The position numbers and the translations under genes are program-made. Shown piece after piece: positions 45,067 through 64,000 of a stretch of 64,000 nt of DNA. Origin of the DNA: Chrysomallon squamiferum (taxonomy: Eukaryota; Animalia; Mollusca); NCBI GenBank assembly GCA_012295275.1, contig CM022673.1, positions 11,904,001 through 11,968,000 of the forward strand, in the 5' to 3' direction. The notes below the pieces were generated by a model. It had not been told where the DNA came from. It ran no database searches and was given only the letters and a program-made list of their open reading frames with translations. Position 1 is the stretch's first letter, and each line of letters begins with the position of its first letter.

Positions 45067-46368
45067 TTGTGTGTTTATACGTACGTTAAACAAATAGGAT
45101 GATCAAATTAACAGAGAATTATATATTTGACTGACAGGTTAAAAAACAATGTGAAGATTGTTGAGGTCCGCCCTTCTAGCATGATTTGATATTAAGAAGG
45201 ATCAGGACTCCAGTATCATAATTCACAGTTTATTACGAGAAAGACAAAAGAACAACAGGGATGACGTGACAAAGGGTAATTTTGAAATAATGCCTCTAAA
45301 ACTAAACAACAAAACAGCAAACAGAAAACACTGGAAGATGATCATGCAGTGATAAGAAAACGTGATAAGACCTTTTCAAAAATAACTTTAGAAATATTAG
45401 CCAGAAATCATGATTTACAGAACAAAGGTGATGTTGTTAGTGGACATATAAAATTTCTTCTTCTAAGTCATGTTCTAAGAAAATTCTAGTAGTTGTAATT
45501 TTTATGATGCAGTAATGTGAATATAACTATCAACTAATTATTATTTAAATATTTATTATTATTATTATTATCGTTATTGTTATTTACTTATTTATTTATT
45601 TATTTACTATTTTTATTGACTTTTTGTTGATTGCACACACACACACACTCACAAGAAGTGGGTGACTTACTACTGACACACACTATATACTTTTATATAT
45701 AAAAGGATTAAGGACATCAAATAGAAATAATCTCCTAACGATATTTGTTTCTCTCATAAATATTATTTACAGTCTATCAAACCATGTCATAAAAGATCCT
45801 TGGCATTCAGGATTAGAGAACACGTTTGATTCTTTAATAGTAGGTTATTATACCACCATATACGTTTGACAGAAATTCGCAATATAGATTACAGATTAAA
45901 CAACCACTATTTAAATGTTTGTTTACTCTGTATTTTTCACTATTTTTTATATTTTTTTATGATACGAGGTTCTGCGACTTTCTGACATTACGAGCGATGT
46001 CTTAGAACCGGCTTGCCAGCGAGGTAAGTTGCCAGTAATTTTGAGAGTGTGAGAGTGACGAGCCTGTAACGAAGAAATCACTACGTCGGCAGATGCGGGT
46101 TTGCGTAGACGTAGTGAAAGACACGCCAGCTGGGCAGGTCGTGGTTGATGACGTGGGAAGGATTCAGCATGCAAATTAGGACAAATTTCACATTTGGACG
46201 TTGCCGTGTCCAAACTGATACATTTACCAATTTAATGTACAAACGCACACAGACACACACAGAGTCACACATACACACACGCACGCACACAGATACACAT
46301 TCATTTATAAATCTACATACAAAAATATTTGTTAATTTACTGCGCAATAAAATAAAAGATAATCGTAC

Positions 46369-46973
46369 CTGCACTAGTGGTATTGTCAGCTGAAAGTAAA
46401 ACGATGTCACTGTTAGAAATCTTAATACTAATTACATTAACAACGCAAACAAACATAGTCCGCGAAAGGATTTTAAACTAAAAGTAAAACTGTAAATTAA
46501 CAATTTCCGTCAATTACAATACCTAACTATTGAACAACAGATATGTGCTGATGTTTGCCGCTGTCGTACTGTCGGCCGATGCTGGTGTTGTACTGTAGGT
46601 CATGGTTTCTGTTGTACTGCATCTATAAAATGAAATATACATTGTATGAATCAAGGTACGTATTCATGTACTATGTTTTACGTAGGTACGTATGTATATC
46701 TGTATATGTACTAACGAGAAGAAAATGGCTGCATCATGAATAGACATATATATATATATATATATATATAGTGCATAAGTATGATGTGGCCCCAATAGAG
46801 ACAAAACATAAAAGTGTGCACACTGCATAAAATGAACAACAATGAAAATACTGAATACTGAAGACAATGCTTTCATGAATATATACTTGATTTCCCTTTC
46901 TCTAATTTTGGAAAACCTGCCACATTATTACATACACAGCTACCTTCTCCCGTTACTATATATGTATATATGG

Positions 46974-47054
<81 letters not shown>

Positions 47055-47615
47055 CGCGCGCGCAACTATTAGGATTTTTTATATTCTCTGTGTTCTGTAC
47101 GTCTGATTAGACTCTGCACAACTTTTTTTTTAGGAGTATTAACAAATGCAGCTGCCACTAAATCCTTGTTTTCAGGTGAACGAACTGTTTTAGGACGAGC
47201 TTTTTTAGAAGCATTTGACACATTTCCAATTTGGATACAAGATTGAACATTGTCGATTTACTCGGTACAGGTGTTCTAAAGTTTACTTCCCATCTTTCTT
47301 CAACATTCTTGTAGCTAGTCATTGCATAGTAATTCTTAATAACAAAGATACTTTCGTTTTTCGCTGCATTTTTAAGAGTGACGGTACCATTTCAATTCAA
47401 ACCATGGAGAGTCCAGTAGCGCGCGCTAAAACAGAAGTCTCGATCACGAAGAACACTACAATCAGGTAACAAAAATCATTCCAAAGACTACTACTGACAG
47501 AAGTAAATGAATAGTACAAAAGATAACGTAAAATGACATAAAAGATGGAATTAAATTTGTTATTTTTAATATCTAATTTTATTTAAGTTTTCGGTAAGGT
47601 TACTTTTGGGACACC

Positions 47616-47660
<45 letters not shown>

Positions 47661-48664
47661 GTATAAGTATGATGTGGCCCCAAAAGAGACAAAACAAAAA
47701 AGTGTCCACACTGCATGAAATGAACCACAATCAAAATACTGAATACTGATGACAATGCTTTCATGAATATATATTGGATTTCCCTTTCTGTAATTTTGGA
47801 AAATGTGCCACATTATTACATGCACAGTTACCTTCTCCCGTTACTATATATATATGGACCTGTGTGTGTATGTATGTGTGTAGTTTAGGATTTTTAATAT
47901 TCTCTGTCTTATGTACGTCTGAAAAGACTCTACACACAGAAATTATTCGTGAACGCACTGGCGCAGGAGGACAAAGTTCAATCACGACCTCACAAAACCT
48001 GTCAGATGCCGCTGACGAGACTCGAACGTCAAGATAATGTATGTATGTATGTATGTATGTATCTATGTACTTACCTTCATTTTAATATGTGTATGTGTGT
48101 GTGTGTGTGTGCGTGTGTGTGTGTGTGTGTGTGTATGTGTGTGTGTATTTGTATATATTTTGTGTGTCTTGTTATTATTATTTTTAAAAATAAATTCTAA
48201 TTCTACTCAGATGTATACTTTTATTTTGTTTCTTTGTTTATTTAATTTAGTGGCGTTACTTGAAAACTTACTTGATGATGTTATCAGTGTTGTAAATAGA
48301 GCTACCGCTGAAAAAAAAAAATTAGTAAATTAATTAATTAATTAAAGAAAGAAACAAACAAACAAATAAAATAAAATAAAATAAAATAAAATGAATAAAT
48401 TCTCATAAAAGTAAATTAAAATTGTAAGTGTTGTATAACATTCTCTAAAATCACGAATATAAACGTGAATTTTTAAGAAGAGGTAAAAGTATATTTGTTT
48501 AAAGAAATCTCAACACATTTTTAAGCCGCGTAATATCTTTTTCCGGGAAAACAAATAATAACAAACTTTAATTCTTTGGAAGGACCGAGAAAGACAAACA
48601 CACATACAAACACACACACACACAAATGTAAGGAATCAGAAGATGGGAGATAGGTTATACATAC

Positions 48665-48761
<97 letters not shown>

Positions 48762-48839
48762 ATGTAACTATCCATAAAATATATTTACATAAATTAACTC
48801 ATCGCAGATGAGCGCTACAATGAAAGATGTTTTGTTAAC
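46369..48839 (-). pseudogene. Psi6: B-type family pseudogene
   Basis: Exon 1 (48839-48803) has lost its ATG and its donor (GT>AT). Exon 2 is 48307-48272 (36 nt). The Thr-rich exon from 46622 has a 1-nt frameshift giving an early TGA. The 21-nt micro-exon 46389-46369 encodes DNTTSA. No GPI exon. Confidence 0.75.
47121..47618 (-). mobile_element. Mariner/Tc1-type non-autonomous element, one end truncated
   Basis: Copy of 62468-63034 with an intact GGTTACTTTTGGGACACCCTG|TA end. Confidence 0.75.
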
Positions 48840-50082
48840 TTTTTAATTTTTTTTCCTTGGCATTTTCTTGTTGTTTTTTTTTTTTTTTTTTGAGAGAGAT
48901 GGTTCCCTTAAAAACGTTTGACTTTAATCTAAGAATGATGTGGTGAATGGTGATCGGTACGATTATATAAAGACCAGGATACTAGGTTACTTCTGTGTTT
49001 ATATGTATTTTATGTTCTTTCCATGTTAAGCTGTGGTACGCAGGCTCAGTCCTCTGTAATGGAAGCAATAGTAATACATGATCTCAGTGACTTGTACTTT
49101 ATTAAAATAAATATTTTAGTAACTAAGCCAGATTTGTATTTCGTTTCTCGCGTTTTATTATAGTTCAAAATATGTGTTTATTTACTTATAATATTAGAAA
49201 CCTATAATTATTTTCCAAATTCTTAAAACATGGTTGTTTCATGTATATCGTGCTTATTTTGTCACAGTGGGAGACATTAATACTAAAAATTCGTGTTATC
49301 TGTTTTGTTGTTTTGATTAACATGCATTTATTAAAACTAATCCTCTGTCAGCTGAACCCTCTTATTCTTCTTTCTTCTTTATCATAATAGACCAAATTTT
49401 GATACAACAGTCCTGATATCTTTTTAATATCAAATCATGCTGGAAAGGCGAGCCTCGGTAATCTTTACACTGCTTTCTGACCTTTTAGTCAAAATTATAA
49501 TTACAGAGTTATAAACACGATTCTCTATTCGATCGATCATAACGATTTACAGAACAAGGGTGATGTTTTTAGTGGTCATGAAATATTGTTTTGTTCTAAG
49601 TCATGTAATTTTTATGATGCAATAATGTGAATATAACTATCAACTTAATATTATTTTAACTTTAATTTATATTATTATTATTTCATATATATATTGATGC
49701 TGTTGTTGTTGTTGATGCTGTTGTTGTTGTTGATGCTGTTATTTATTAACTCCTGGAAGGAATTCATAAATACACACGCACGCACAGATACACACATACA
49801 CACACGTACACGTATAGAAACATAAACATTATTATATGAAGTAACGCGTCAACATAAAGGTTTGTTTACTCTGTATTTTTCTCAGATTGCTTTACATTTT
49901 TCATGATTCCCTTTCTTGAGTTTTTAATCATTTTGGTGGTTTTTTCAATAAGGTAAAACAATAATAAAAAAATTCAAGTTTTTCATTCTATTTTGAAAAT
50001 TATTTGATAATATTTCAGTCTTCAGCTATGATGTATAAATAAATGTATATATAGATATATACATACATATATAAATACGTAC

Positions 50083-50114
<32 letters not shown>

Positions 50115-50871
50115 GCAGACACACATATACATATATATGTACATGCATATATACATATATGGACATATACATATACATACGCATACCCTCACGCATGGGC
50201 AGAATAAAATAAGCGACATTAAGTCATACTGTTTTGTCCTGTGAGTTAGATATAAAAGACCCACTAGCGTCCGTTAAAAGCAAACGCTTTATTATATAAA
50301 TATTTCTACTGTTAGGAAAAACACGACACGAACTAAACATCCGAGCAAACGTGATCTGAATGAGAAGAAATAATTATGTGTTAGAATAAAAAGTAGTTAA
50401 ACAGAAGACGCTTCATCTAAACAAACAAACAAACAAACAAAAAACGACATACAAAAATCTTTTTAAAATCTTTGCTTGTTTCAAACAAAGTAGTCGTTTC
50501 CAGATATTCTCACGTTTTGTGAAATACAATACCATGCGAGCCAAAAACAACACGATTCTGTACGATTCGGAATTAAAGTCACGCGCATAAATTGCAAATG
50601 GCCGCTGGTCGTCTTTACTGAAGGAAATATATACATACAGCTACTTATAAATGTCATCAATGAATAACCAGCCATTTGTTTGAGACACTCAACGAGGAGA
50701 GATGGTCGCTGTATACCAGATAAATACGTTTAGTCTTTTATCAGATATTCCGTGTTGCTTTGTCTAGAATTGACGTAACGTTTTGGCGCTTGCCAAACTG
50801 AAAGATTAGAGCCACTCAGAAATTAATAACATTCTGGTCGTATTATTATTATTATTATTATTATTATTACA

Positions 50872-50913
<42 letters not shown>

Positions 50914-51429
50914 ATTATTATTATTATTATTATTATTACTACTACTACTATTATTATTACTATTATTATTATTGTTATTATTATTATTATTACTATTATT
51001 ATAATTGTTACTATTATTATTATTAGCTTAATATGAGCGTTATATTATCTCAATACTGTTTTCTGTTTAAATAAATAAATAAATAACAAGAACAGACTGA
51101 AGACAACTGCGCTGATATATTGCTGACGCTTTGAAAGTGACACAATGTCTAAAAACTTGAATAAAGTCTAGCATCAGGTTTACAACACTTTCGATGGAAA
51201 AGGAAAAAGAAAAAAAAAATATGTATACTAATATAAAATTAAAAGCTTTTTATATTTCAAACACTGACTTTTAAAAGCAAACAGTGAATTTAATTTTGTT
51301 GAATCACTGGGTGCCGCAAACACATTGAGTAAATAAAAGCAAGACATTAATAGTCGCACTAAGAAAGACAAACGTACAGAGAACAGTTAAGCGAGTGAGA
51401 GAACAAGTAAAATGGTCAGATGAATAAAT

Positions 51430-51533
51430 AAATAGATAGATAGAGAGAGATAGAGAGAGACAGATAGATAGAGAGATATATAGATAGAGAGATAGAGAGA
51501 TAGTTAGAAAGATAGACAGACAGACAGACAGAC

Positions 51534-51612
<79 letters not shown>

Positions 51613-52140
51613 GAGATATTAGATATGTTGATAGATGGATTTATGAATGGAGTGGAAACACACAGAGAGATAGAGAGGGAAAGAGATCGATAGCGAGAGA
51701 TAGATATCTAGATAGAGTAGATAGATGACAAATATACAAATATAGATAGATAGATAATTAAAAAGGCAGATAGAGAGATGGTAAATATATAGAGAATGAG
51801 AAAGATAGATTGACAGACAGACAGATAGATAGATAGATATGTGGACAGAGAGACCATAAATACTCAGATAGATATACAAATAGATAGACTAGATAGATCG
51901 ACTGACAGACAGATAGCTAGAGATAGAGACATGTAGATTAGATAGAGAGATAGATAGATATATAGACATATGGTAAACAGAGAATGAGAGAGAAATATAG
52001 ACACATAGACAGACAGAAACACAGATAGATAGAGAGACTGACAGACAGATAGCTAAGTAACAGATATATAGGTAAATGGATAGAAAATTGAGTGGATAGA
52101 TCGATGATGGATGAAAGATAGATAGACAGATGGACAGATG
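51430..52140. repeat. Degenerate (TAGA/CAGA)n simple-repeat tract
   Basis: Long GATA/GACA tetranucleotide array with a perfect core near 51535-51610. Confidence 0.9.
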
Positions 52141-53298
52141 TTTCTATTGTTTTACTGTGTATGAATGTATGTGTGTGTCTAGATAACTGTTGAGACAATA
52201 AAATATCTGTCAGACTGTTATCAAATATGATTTAATCGTTATAAGCGTGATGGCAATACCGCTGAGGACCGCAATAGGTCAGCCTGTTAGATTTAATCAC
52301 TTGTGACATTTAAACATTTATTGTCTTTTTATTTGAAAATGATTTTCGATAATGCTATGGGGGTAAAATATAAGATTTCTTTTTTAATTACATAATGATA
52401 TCAACATTAAAAAAATAATAATAAAAAATAAAATAAAATATAAGACTACAAAAGAAATATTTCTGCTTGTATTATCATAAACAAGGAATCACATGTCACA
52501 ACCTTTAGTGTTGCACTCGTGAGTTAATAGTTGGAACGGTATATAGCACAGTAGATGAACGAAGAAGACTTGAACAAGAGACCACTAGCGCAATAAACGA
52601 TCCCTGTTTTGTAGGAAAGTATCAAGGTGGTCAAAGTTGGAACATAGCACGTTGTTAGATATCTCTGTTTATTTTATGTGGTACTTGTCGTTAACGAGTT
52701 AACACTACGTCAGTTTGAAACGAGATACATTACTCATTGTATTTATAGTTTAGTGCTCTTTTTCTTCTTTTAATGTCTTTTTTTCCTGTCAAGTAAGATA
52801 AATGTTAGATATATTTATTTTAATTTACCAACATTGTTTATCTCCCTCGATTTGTCGTTTTTTGAGGGGTTTTATTCTTTTTATTATTTATTATTATTAT
52901 TTTTTTTATCTTGTTAGGGTATGTTATTGGGTGTAGGCATGTTTTATTGTAATTCAGTAAGTAATAGTTTAATGATGATGATAATGATAATAACATTAAT
53001 GCAACTGACTGCAAATTCTTAGTTTATACTTTTTCTTCTGAAATACCAACATCTGCTTAAAAAAAACTAAACAAGGATTTAAAAATTGTTCTTACAATGA
53101 AATAATAAAAAAGAATTGGTCTGAATCTATCTTTATTTCAGAACAAACGTCTTCATCAGATACATGCAGGTTTTTTCACACAAATGAAAGAACATCAAGA
53201 AACAAAATTAAATTATTATCATTCAATCCATGATAGTTTACTAGAAATTCCAAAAGGGGTTATTAGAACTTTCGTTAGTTTATTATTTATTTATTCAT

Positions 53299-53341
<43 letters not shown>

Positions 53342-53749
53342 TTATTAGGTTGTTGCTGTAATTTGGAAAGATCTTCGTTCCATTTTTTGGGGGGTATTTT
53401 TTGTTGTTGTTGTTGTTGTTGTTGTGGTTGTTGCTTTTTAAATACACTGCAATCTTGAGTATAAATATTACGTAGAACTAGTTGAAGAAGATCTGTTTTG
53501 AAAAAAAGAATTTCACTAGTAGATTAATAAAGTTAATAATATAAATAACCTAACCAATCATAGGACTGCTAAACTCAGAAACATCGTTTTTCTGCGACGT
53601 TCCACACCTACTCATCATCGTGTCTACTCCTACGAGAGACGACGGACACGTCATGAATTTATCACAGTTAACAGTACAATAACGAAATCGCACTCATGAC
53701 CTTTTTCTGGACCGAATGTCTTTTTTTTCTAGTTTGTTCGGATTTCATT

Positions 53750-53817
53750 TCAGTGTATTGTCAAATACGTGAAACCACAAAGTATCGCTGTGGTAGTCGA
53801 CAGAAACATTTCGTTTT
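53750..53817 (-). other. Orphan or alternative GPI-signal terminal exon
   Basis: Intact acceptor and 68 nt encoding xNEMFLSTTTAILCGFTYLTIH*, with the paralogous 3' flank. It has no upstream exons of its own and lies 2.9 kb downstream of the G8 last exon. Confidence 0.7.
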
Positions 53818-54299
53818 CTGAAAAGAAAAAAAAAAAATGACGCAATAAAACGACCTACGTGAATGTAATTAAAGACACCGTGATGAACTATGTCAGTATT
53901 TATTGTCACGAATTGCGTGCAAAGTGGTTGGATCTAATACCTCGAGCTCGCGTTGGGCTAAATCTCGCTCCACACCTTTTTTTTTTTCATCTTTTTTTTT
54001 CTTCCAGTAAATCAAAGACGGTGTTTTGTGCATCAGTAATTCTCAAACCTCTTCAACAAACTGAACTCTTGTCCTGACTCGCTGTAGCAGTAGATCGTAT
54101 TTATTTTCATCACAGATATAAATCAGCTAACAAGTCAAGAAAGAAAAGACTGCCTCCTGTTTAAACTGGTACACTCTCGACACCAGATCGTGTAGGGATC
54201 TGTATATCGAAGACGTTGTTAACAGTTGAATAATTTTACACAAGGAGAAGGTATTTTATGATCAAACGAAGAAAAAAAACGTAATAATAATAATAATAA

Positions 54300-54330
<31 letters not shown>

Positions 54331-55749
54331 AATAAGAATAAAATAATAATAATAAAAAAAAATAAAAAAAATATATAATAATTTTAATAATAATAATAAA
54401 AATAATCTGATACGTCTAAACAAATAAGTACTACGATGAGTAAATTTATAATCCCTCAAATTTTTAATCTCTGTTATTGATAGTTTAGAAATAAGCATAT
54501 ACGTGCAAACTTACACACATGCATACATACATACATAAATACATACATGCATACATACACACACAGACACGCATATATATATACAAATACATACACTCAC
54601 ACATATATATACAAATACACATTATTATTATTATTATTATTATTTATTCTTTTATTTATTATAATTTTTTATAATCTTTTGCTTTATTATATAAATAATA
54701 AAAAGTACTAAACTAATCAAATATTGTGTGCGATCGGCGATTTTTCACGGTTTACATTTTCTGTCGTGTGACTAATGCTTCAGAATAATGAACGCCGTCT
54801 TGCGATTATTAGCTTATGTTCCGTGTTTCTGATTTTCAAATAAGGTCGGGAATTAGATGTACTGTTATTTACAATCTCCAGTACAATGACATATTTTATT
54901 ACACACCCAAAACAAAAGAAAAACCTCCCAGGCTCTTACAACTGAAGATTTAAAACTGATTTATTCTGCTGGGTCATATCCGGGATTAAAAGGCTGCAAC
55001 ATACTAAGTAAAAAATCAGGACGAACAAGATGGCAGTAAAGATACTTCTGCATTAATAATCAATATATAACCGAAGGATAAGTTGCAAAAGTCACTCCCC
55101 AACTATACATGCACTCCAGGGGTAACATAGGAAAATACACAGATATGAGCTTTTTAACATATAACAGTTATTGTCAGCAACAGATTTCGATGCCGGACAT
55201 TTTGAAAAATGGCTGTATTTGGTGAATTCCCGAATGTTTTTTTTTACTTTTGCTTCCAGTGTCACAAACATGATAGGTTACTCTTATTCCTAGTAACTGT
55301 TTGATGCAAAACCAGTTGTTTTGGCGGCTGGTGGTCCGTTGGTTAATGCAATAATTATTTACGTGTGTTAATGTAAACTATAGATTATGTACTTTACCTA
55401 TTCATTTTAATGATACAACGGTCTGGTTGTACATTCATAAAATATTTCTTAAATTGATCCCAAATTAGGCATCCTACCACCAAATCTTCTCAATTACTTT
55501 TTAGATGTGTCACTTTCTTTACTAATATATTTATTATTAATTTAGCCAAAGGTGAGAGAAAAAAAATATACTTTTATTAATTCTAACAATTTATATAATG
55601 ATGATACTAGTTTGCAGCAACTGATCTTTATATGTATTCACATAGTTAGAAAAGCATTTAGAGGGAAGAGCCACTGTTTGGAACGGAAATAATAGGTAAG
55701 CTCCAGTGTCTCTGCAGAACGGCGTTTGAAGAAATTAATTATGCATTCA

Positions 55750-55807
<58 letters not shown>

Positions 55808-55814
55808 CCTCCCT

Positions 55815-55914
<100 letters not shown>

Positions 55915-56258
55915 TTATCTCTCTCAATCAAACTATTGTACTTACTCTGTTTCAGATTCACTCATCCATTCTCTCTCCCTTTCTCTCACTCAATAGGTTA
56001 CAGCTTTCGTTCTGAAATACAAACATCTGCTTAACAAAAACAGAGCAAGGATTTAAAAGGTGTTTTTTAAATGAAATAATAAAAAAGAATTTGTCTGAAT
56101 GTATCTTTATTTCAGAACAAACGTCTTCATCAGATACATGCAGGTTTTTTCACACAAATGAAAGAACATCAAGAAACAAAATTAAATAATTATCATTTAG
56201 TCGTTGACAGTTTACTAGAAATTCCAAAAGGGGTTATAAGAACTTTCGTTAGTTTATT

Positions 56259-56309
<51 letters not shown>

Positions 56310-56697
56310 TTTGTTATTACGTTGTTGCTGTAATTTGGAAAGATCTTCCTTCCTTTGTTTGTGTTTTTATTTTTTTTTTTTTTTTTTTGAACACACTACA
56401 ATCTTGAGTATAAATATCATGTAGAACTAGATGTAAAAGATCTGTTCTGAAAAAAAAATTAGTTCATTAATAGGTTAATAAAGTTAAGGACTGCTAAACT
56501 CAGAAACATCGTTTTTCTGCGACGTTCTACTCTTACTCATCCTGGGGTCTACTCCTACGAGAGACGACGGAATCGTCATGACTTTATCACAGTTAAAAGT
56601 ACAATCACACAGTTAATTACAATTATTAATAACAAAATCAGCACTCATGAGTCTTTATGGACGGAATGGGTTTTTTTGCTGGTTTGTTTTATTTTTT

Positions 56698-60601
<3,904 letters not shown>

Positions 60602-61288
60602 TTTATGTTATTACCTGATATATTTTTTTCCCCTTGAACACGTGGGACTTTAGTCTTGTATCACGTATCTCTCAGCAAGATGTGGTGAGTGGTGATAGGC
60701 ATGATTATAAAAAGACCAGGTTACTAGGATACTTGTGTGTTTATACGTATGTTAAATAAATAGGATGATCAAATGAACAGAGAATTATATATTTGACTGA
60801 CAGGTTAAAAAACAATGTGAAGACTTTTGAGGTCCGACCTTCCAGCATGATTTGGTAGTAAGAAGGTATCATAATTCACTGTCTATTACGAGAAAGACAA
60901 AAGAATAAAAGGGATCACGTGACAAAGGGTAATTTTGAAATAATGCCTCTAAAACTAAGCAACAAAACAGCAAACAGAAAACACTGGAAGATGATCATGC
61001 AGTCAGAAAACGTGATAAAACCTTTTCAAAAATAAATTTAGAAACATTAGCCAGAAATCATGATTTACAGAACAAAGGTGATGTTGTTAGTGGACATATA
61101 AAATTTCTTCTTCTAAGTCATGTTCTAAGAAAATTCTAGTAGTTGTAATTTTTATGATGCAGTAATGTGAATATAACTATGAACTTATTATTATTTAATT
61201 TGTTTATTATTATTATTATTATTATTATTATCGTTATTGTTATTTACTTATTTATTTATTTACTATTTTTATTGACTTTTTATTGATT

Positions 61289-61357
<69 letters not shown>

Positions 61358-62159
61358 CACATTTATGAATATAAAGAGTAATTGTGCCGTTTCGTTTTTG
61401 CTACTAGTTAAAACACAATTATCTTCCCGGGCACTGACACTATACATATACATATGTATTTAAAAATTATAAAATAATTATAAGAGAATTATCAAATTCG
61501 TTTTCGAAACACTCGAAATGAAAATGTCCTAACGATATTTCTTTCTCTCATAAATATTATTAACAGTCCATCAAACCATCTCATAAAATATCCTAGAAAT
61601 TCAGGATTAGAGAACACGTTTGATTCTTTAAAAGTAGGTTAAACAACCACCAGACACTTTTGACAGAAATTCGCAATATAGATTACAGATTAAACAACCA
61701 CTATTTAAAGGTTTGTTTACTCTGTATTTTTCACTATTTTTTATATTTTTTATGATACGAGGTTCTGCGACTTTCTGACATTACGAGGGATCTCTTAGAA
61801 CCGGCTTGCCAGCGAGGTAAGTTGCCAGTAATTTTGAGAGTGTGAGAGTGACGAGCCTGTAACGAAGAAATCACTACGTCGGCAGATGCCGGTTTGCGTA
61901 GACGTAGTGAAAGACACGCCAGCTGGGCAGGTCGTGGTTGATGACGTGGGGAGGATTCAGCATGCAAATTAGGACAAATTTCACATTTGGACGTTGCCGT
62001 GTCCAAACTGATACATTTACCAATTTAATGTACAAACGCACACAGACACACACAGAGGCACACATACACACACGCACGCACACAGACACATTCATTTACA
62101 AATCTACATACAAAAATATTTGTTAATTTACTGCGCAATAAAATAAAAGATAATCGTAC

Positions 62160-63673
62160 CTGCACTAGTGGTATTGTCAGCTGAAAGTAAAACGATGTCA
62201 CTGTTAGAAATCTTAATACTAATTACATTAACAACGCAAACAAACATAGTCCACGAAAGGATTTTAAACTAAAAGTAAAACTGTAAATTAACAATTTCCG
62301 TAAATGACAATACCTAACTATTGAACAACAGATATATGCTGATGTTTGCCGCTGTCGTACTGTCGGCCGATGCTGGTGTTGTACTGTAGGTCATGGTTTC
62401 TGTTGTACTGCATCTATAAAATGAAATATACATTGTATGAATCAAGGTATATATATATATATATATACAACGTGTCCCAAAAGTAACCGATCCGAAAACT
62501 TTAATAAAATTAGATATTAAAAACAATTTTTTTTAGGAGAATTAACAAATGCAGCTGCCACTAAATCCTTGTTTTCAGGTGAACGAACTGTTTTTGGACG
62601 ACCTTTTTTAGGAGCATTTGACACATTTCCAATTTGGATACAAGATTGAACATTGTCGATTTACTCGGTACAGGTGTTCTAAAGTTTACTTCCCATCTTT
62701 CTTCAACATTCTTGTAGCTAGTCATTGCATAGTAATTCTTAATAACGAAGATACTTTCGTTTAAATGTAAAGTTTTTTGCTGCATTTTTAAGAGTGAGGG
62801 TATCATTTCAAGTCAAACCATGCAGAGTCCAGTAGCGCGCGCTAAAACAGAAGTCTCGATCACGAAGAACACTACGATCAGGTAACAAAAATCATTCCAA
62901 AGACTACTACTGACAGAAGTAAATAAATAGTACAAAAGATAACATAAAATGACATAAAAGATGGAATTAAATTTGTTATTTTTAATATCTAATTTTATTT
63001 AAGTTTGTGGTTCGGTTACTTTTTGGACACCCTGTATATATATATTGTATAAGTATGATGTGGCCCCAAAAGAGACAAAACATAAAAGTGTGCACACTGC
63101 ATGAAATGAACCACAATCAATATACTGAATACTGATGACAATGCTTTCATGAATATATACTTGATTTCCCTTTCTCTAACTTTGGAAAATTTGCCACATT
63201 ATTACATACACAGCTACCTTCTCCCGTTAGTATATGTATGTGTGTGTGTATGTGTGTAGTTTAGGATTTTTAATATTCTCTGTCTTATGTACGTCTGAAT
63301 AGACTCTGCACACAGACAATATTCGGGAACAATATTCAGGAACTGGCGCTGGAGGACAAAGTTCATTCACGACGTCACGAACCCGCCAGATGCCGCTGAC
63401 GAGACTCGAACGTATGGCATTCATTCGTCCGCTATCCGATACCGGACATCAAGATAATGTATGTATGTATGTATCTATGTACTTACCTTTATTTTAATAT
63501 GTGTGTGTGTGTGTCTGTGTGTATTTTGTGTGTTTTTGTTATTATTATTTTTAAAATTAAATTCTAATTCTACTCAGATGTATACTTTTATTTTGTTTCT
63601 TTGTTTAATTTAGTGGTGTTACTTGAAAACTTACTTGATGATGTAGTTACCAGACTTGTAAACAGAGCTACCG
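62160..63673 (-). pseudogene. G9: B-type paralog, partial (exon 1 beyond the window), probably disrupted
   Basis: Exon 2 63673-63635 (39 nt) is intact. The Thr-rich exon from 62413 carries the same 1-nt frameshift as Psi6. Micro-exon 62180-62160 encodes DNTTSA. No GPI exon of its own. Confidence 0.6.
62468..63034 (-). mobile_element. Mariner/Tc1-type non-autonomous element with transposase HTH remnant
   Basis: TIRs CAACGTGTCCCAAAAGTAACCGA and rc CAGGGTGTCCAAAAAGTAACCGA, with TA flanks. The internal ORF ESIFVIKNYY...FRTPVPSKSTMFNLVSK resembles N-terminal (DUF4817-like) HTHs of Tc1/mariner transposases. Confidence 0.75.
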
Positions 63674-64000
63674 CTGAAAAAATTAATTAAACAAACAAAC
63701 AAATATAATAAAATAAAATAAAATAAAATGAATAAATTCTCATAAAAGTAAATTAAAATATTCAGTGTTGTATAACATTCTCTAAAATAACGAATATAAA
63801 CGTTAATTTTTAAGAAAAGGTAAAAGTATATTTGTTTAAAGAAATCTCAACACATTTTTAAGCCGCATACTATCTTTTTCCGAGAAAAAAAAATAATAAC
63901 AAACTTTAATTCTTTGGAAGGACCGAGAAAGACAAAGATACATACAAACACACACACACACAAATGTAAGGAATCAGAAGATGGGAGATAGGTTATACAT

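Noticed and set aside
49034-49048. 15-nt match GGTACGCAGGCTCAG to the G2 30-nt micro-exon
   Set aside because: The surrounding sequence aligns to the inverted promoter block, so the match is best explained as chance.

Overview
AT-rich, microsatellite-dense eukaryotic DNA, probably an invertebrate animal (taxon cannot be determined from the window). Almost all ORFs in the track are microsatellite artefacts. Splice-site reading by eye reveals a tandem/inverted cluster of about 10 paralogous intron-rich genes and gene fragments that the ORF track misses. Each encodes a signal peptide split over two or three small exons, then Thr/Ser-rich exons and 12-30 nt micro-exons, then a 68-nt last exon encoding a GPI-anchor-type hydrophobic tail. 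In the intact models every intron is phase 1 and every internal exon is a multiple of 3. Intact models are G1 (64 aa, CD52/CD24-like), G3 (520 aa), G5 (105 aa) and G8 (362 aa). G2 (~90 aa) has an uncertain first exon, and the remaining copies are pseudogenes or orphan exons. Stalk length is set by 24-nt VNTRs inside single exons. An RFX X-box-like motif lies upstream of the first exons. The cluster shows a ~15-kb segmental duplication, inversions, a chimeric gene and probable gene conversion, plus Tc1/mariner and Tigger elements and a tRNA-derived SINE family. All gene models are manual predictions without transcript evidence.
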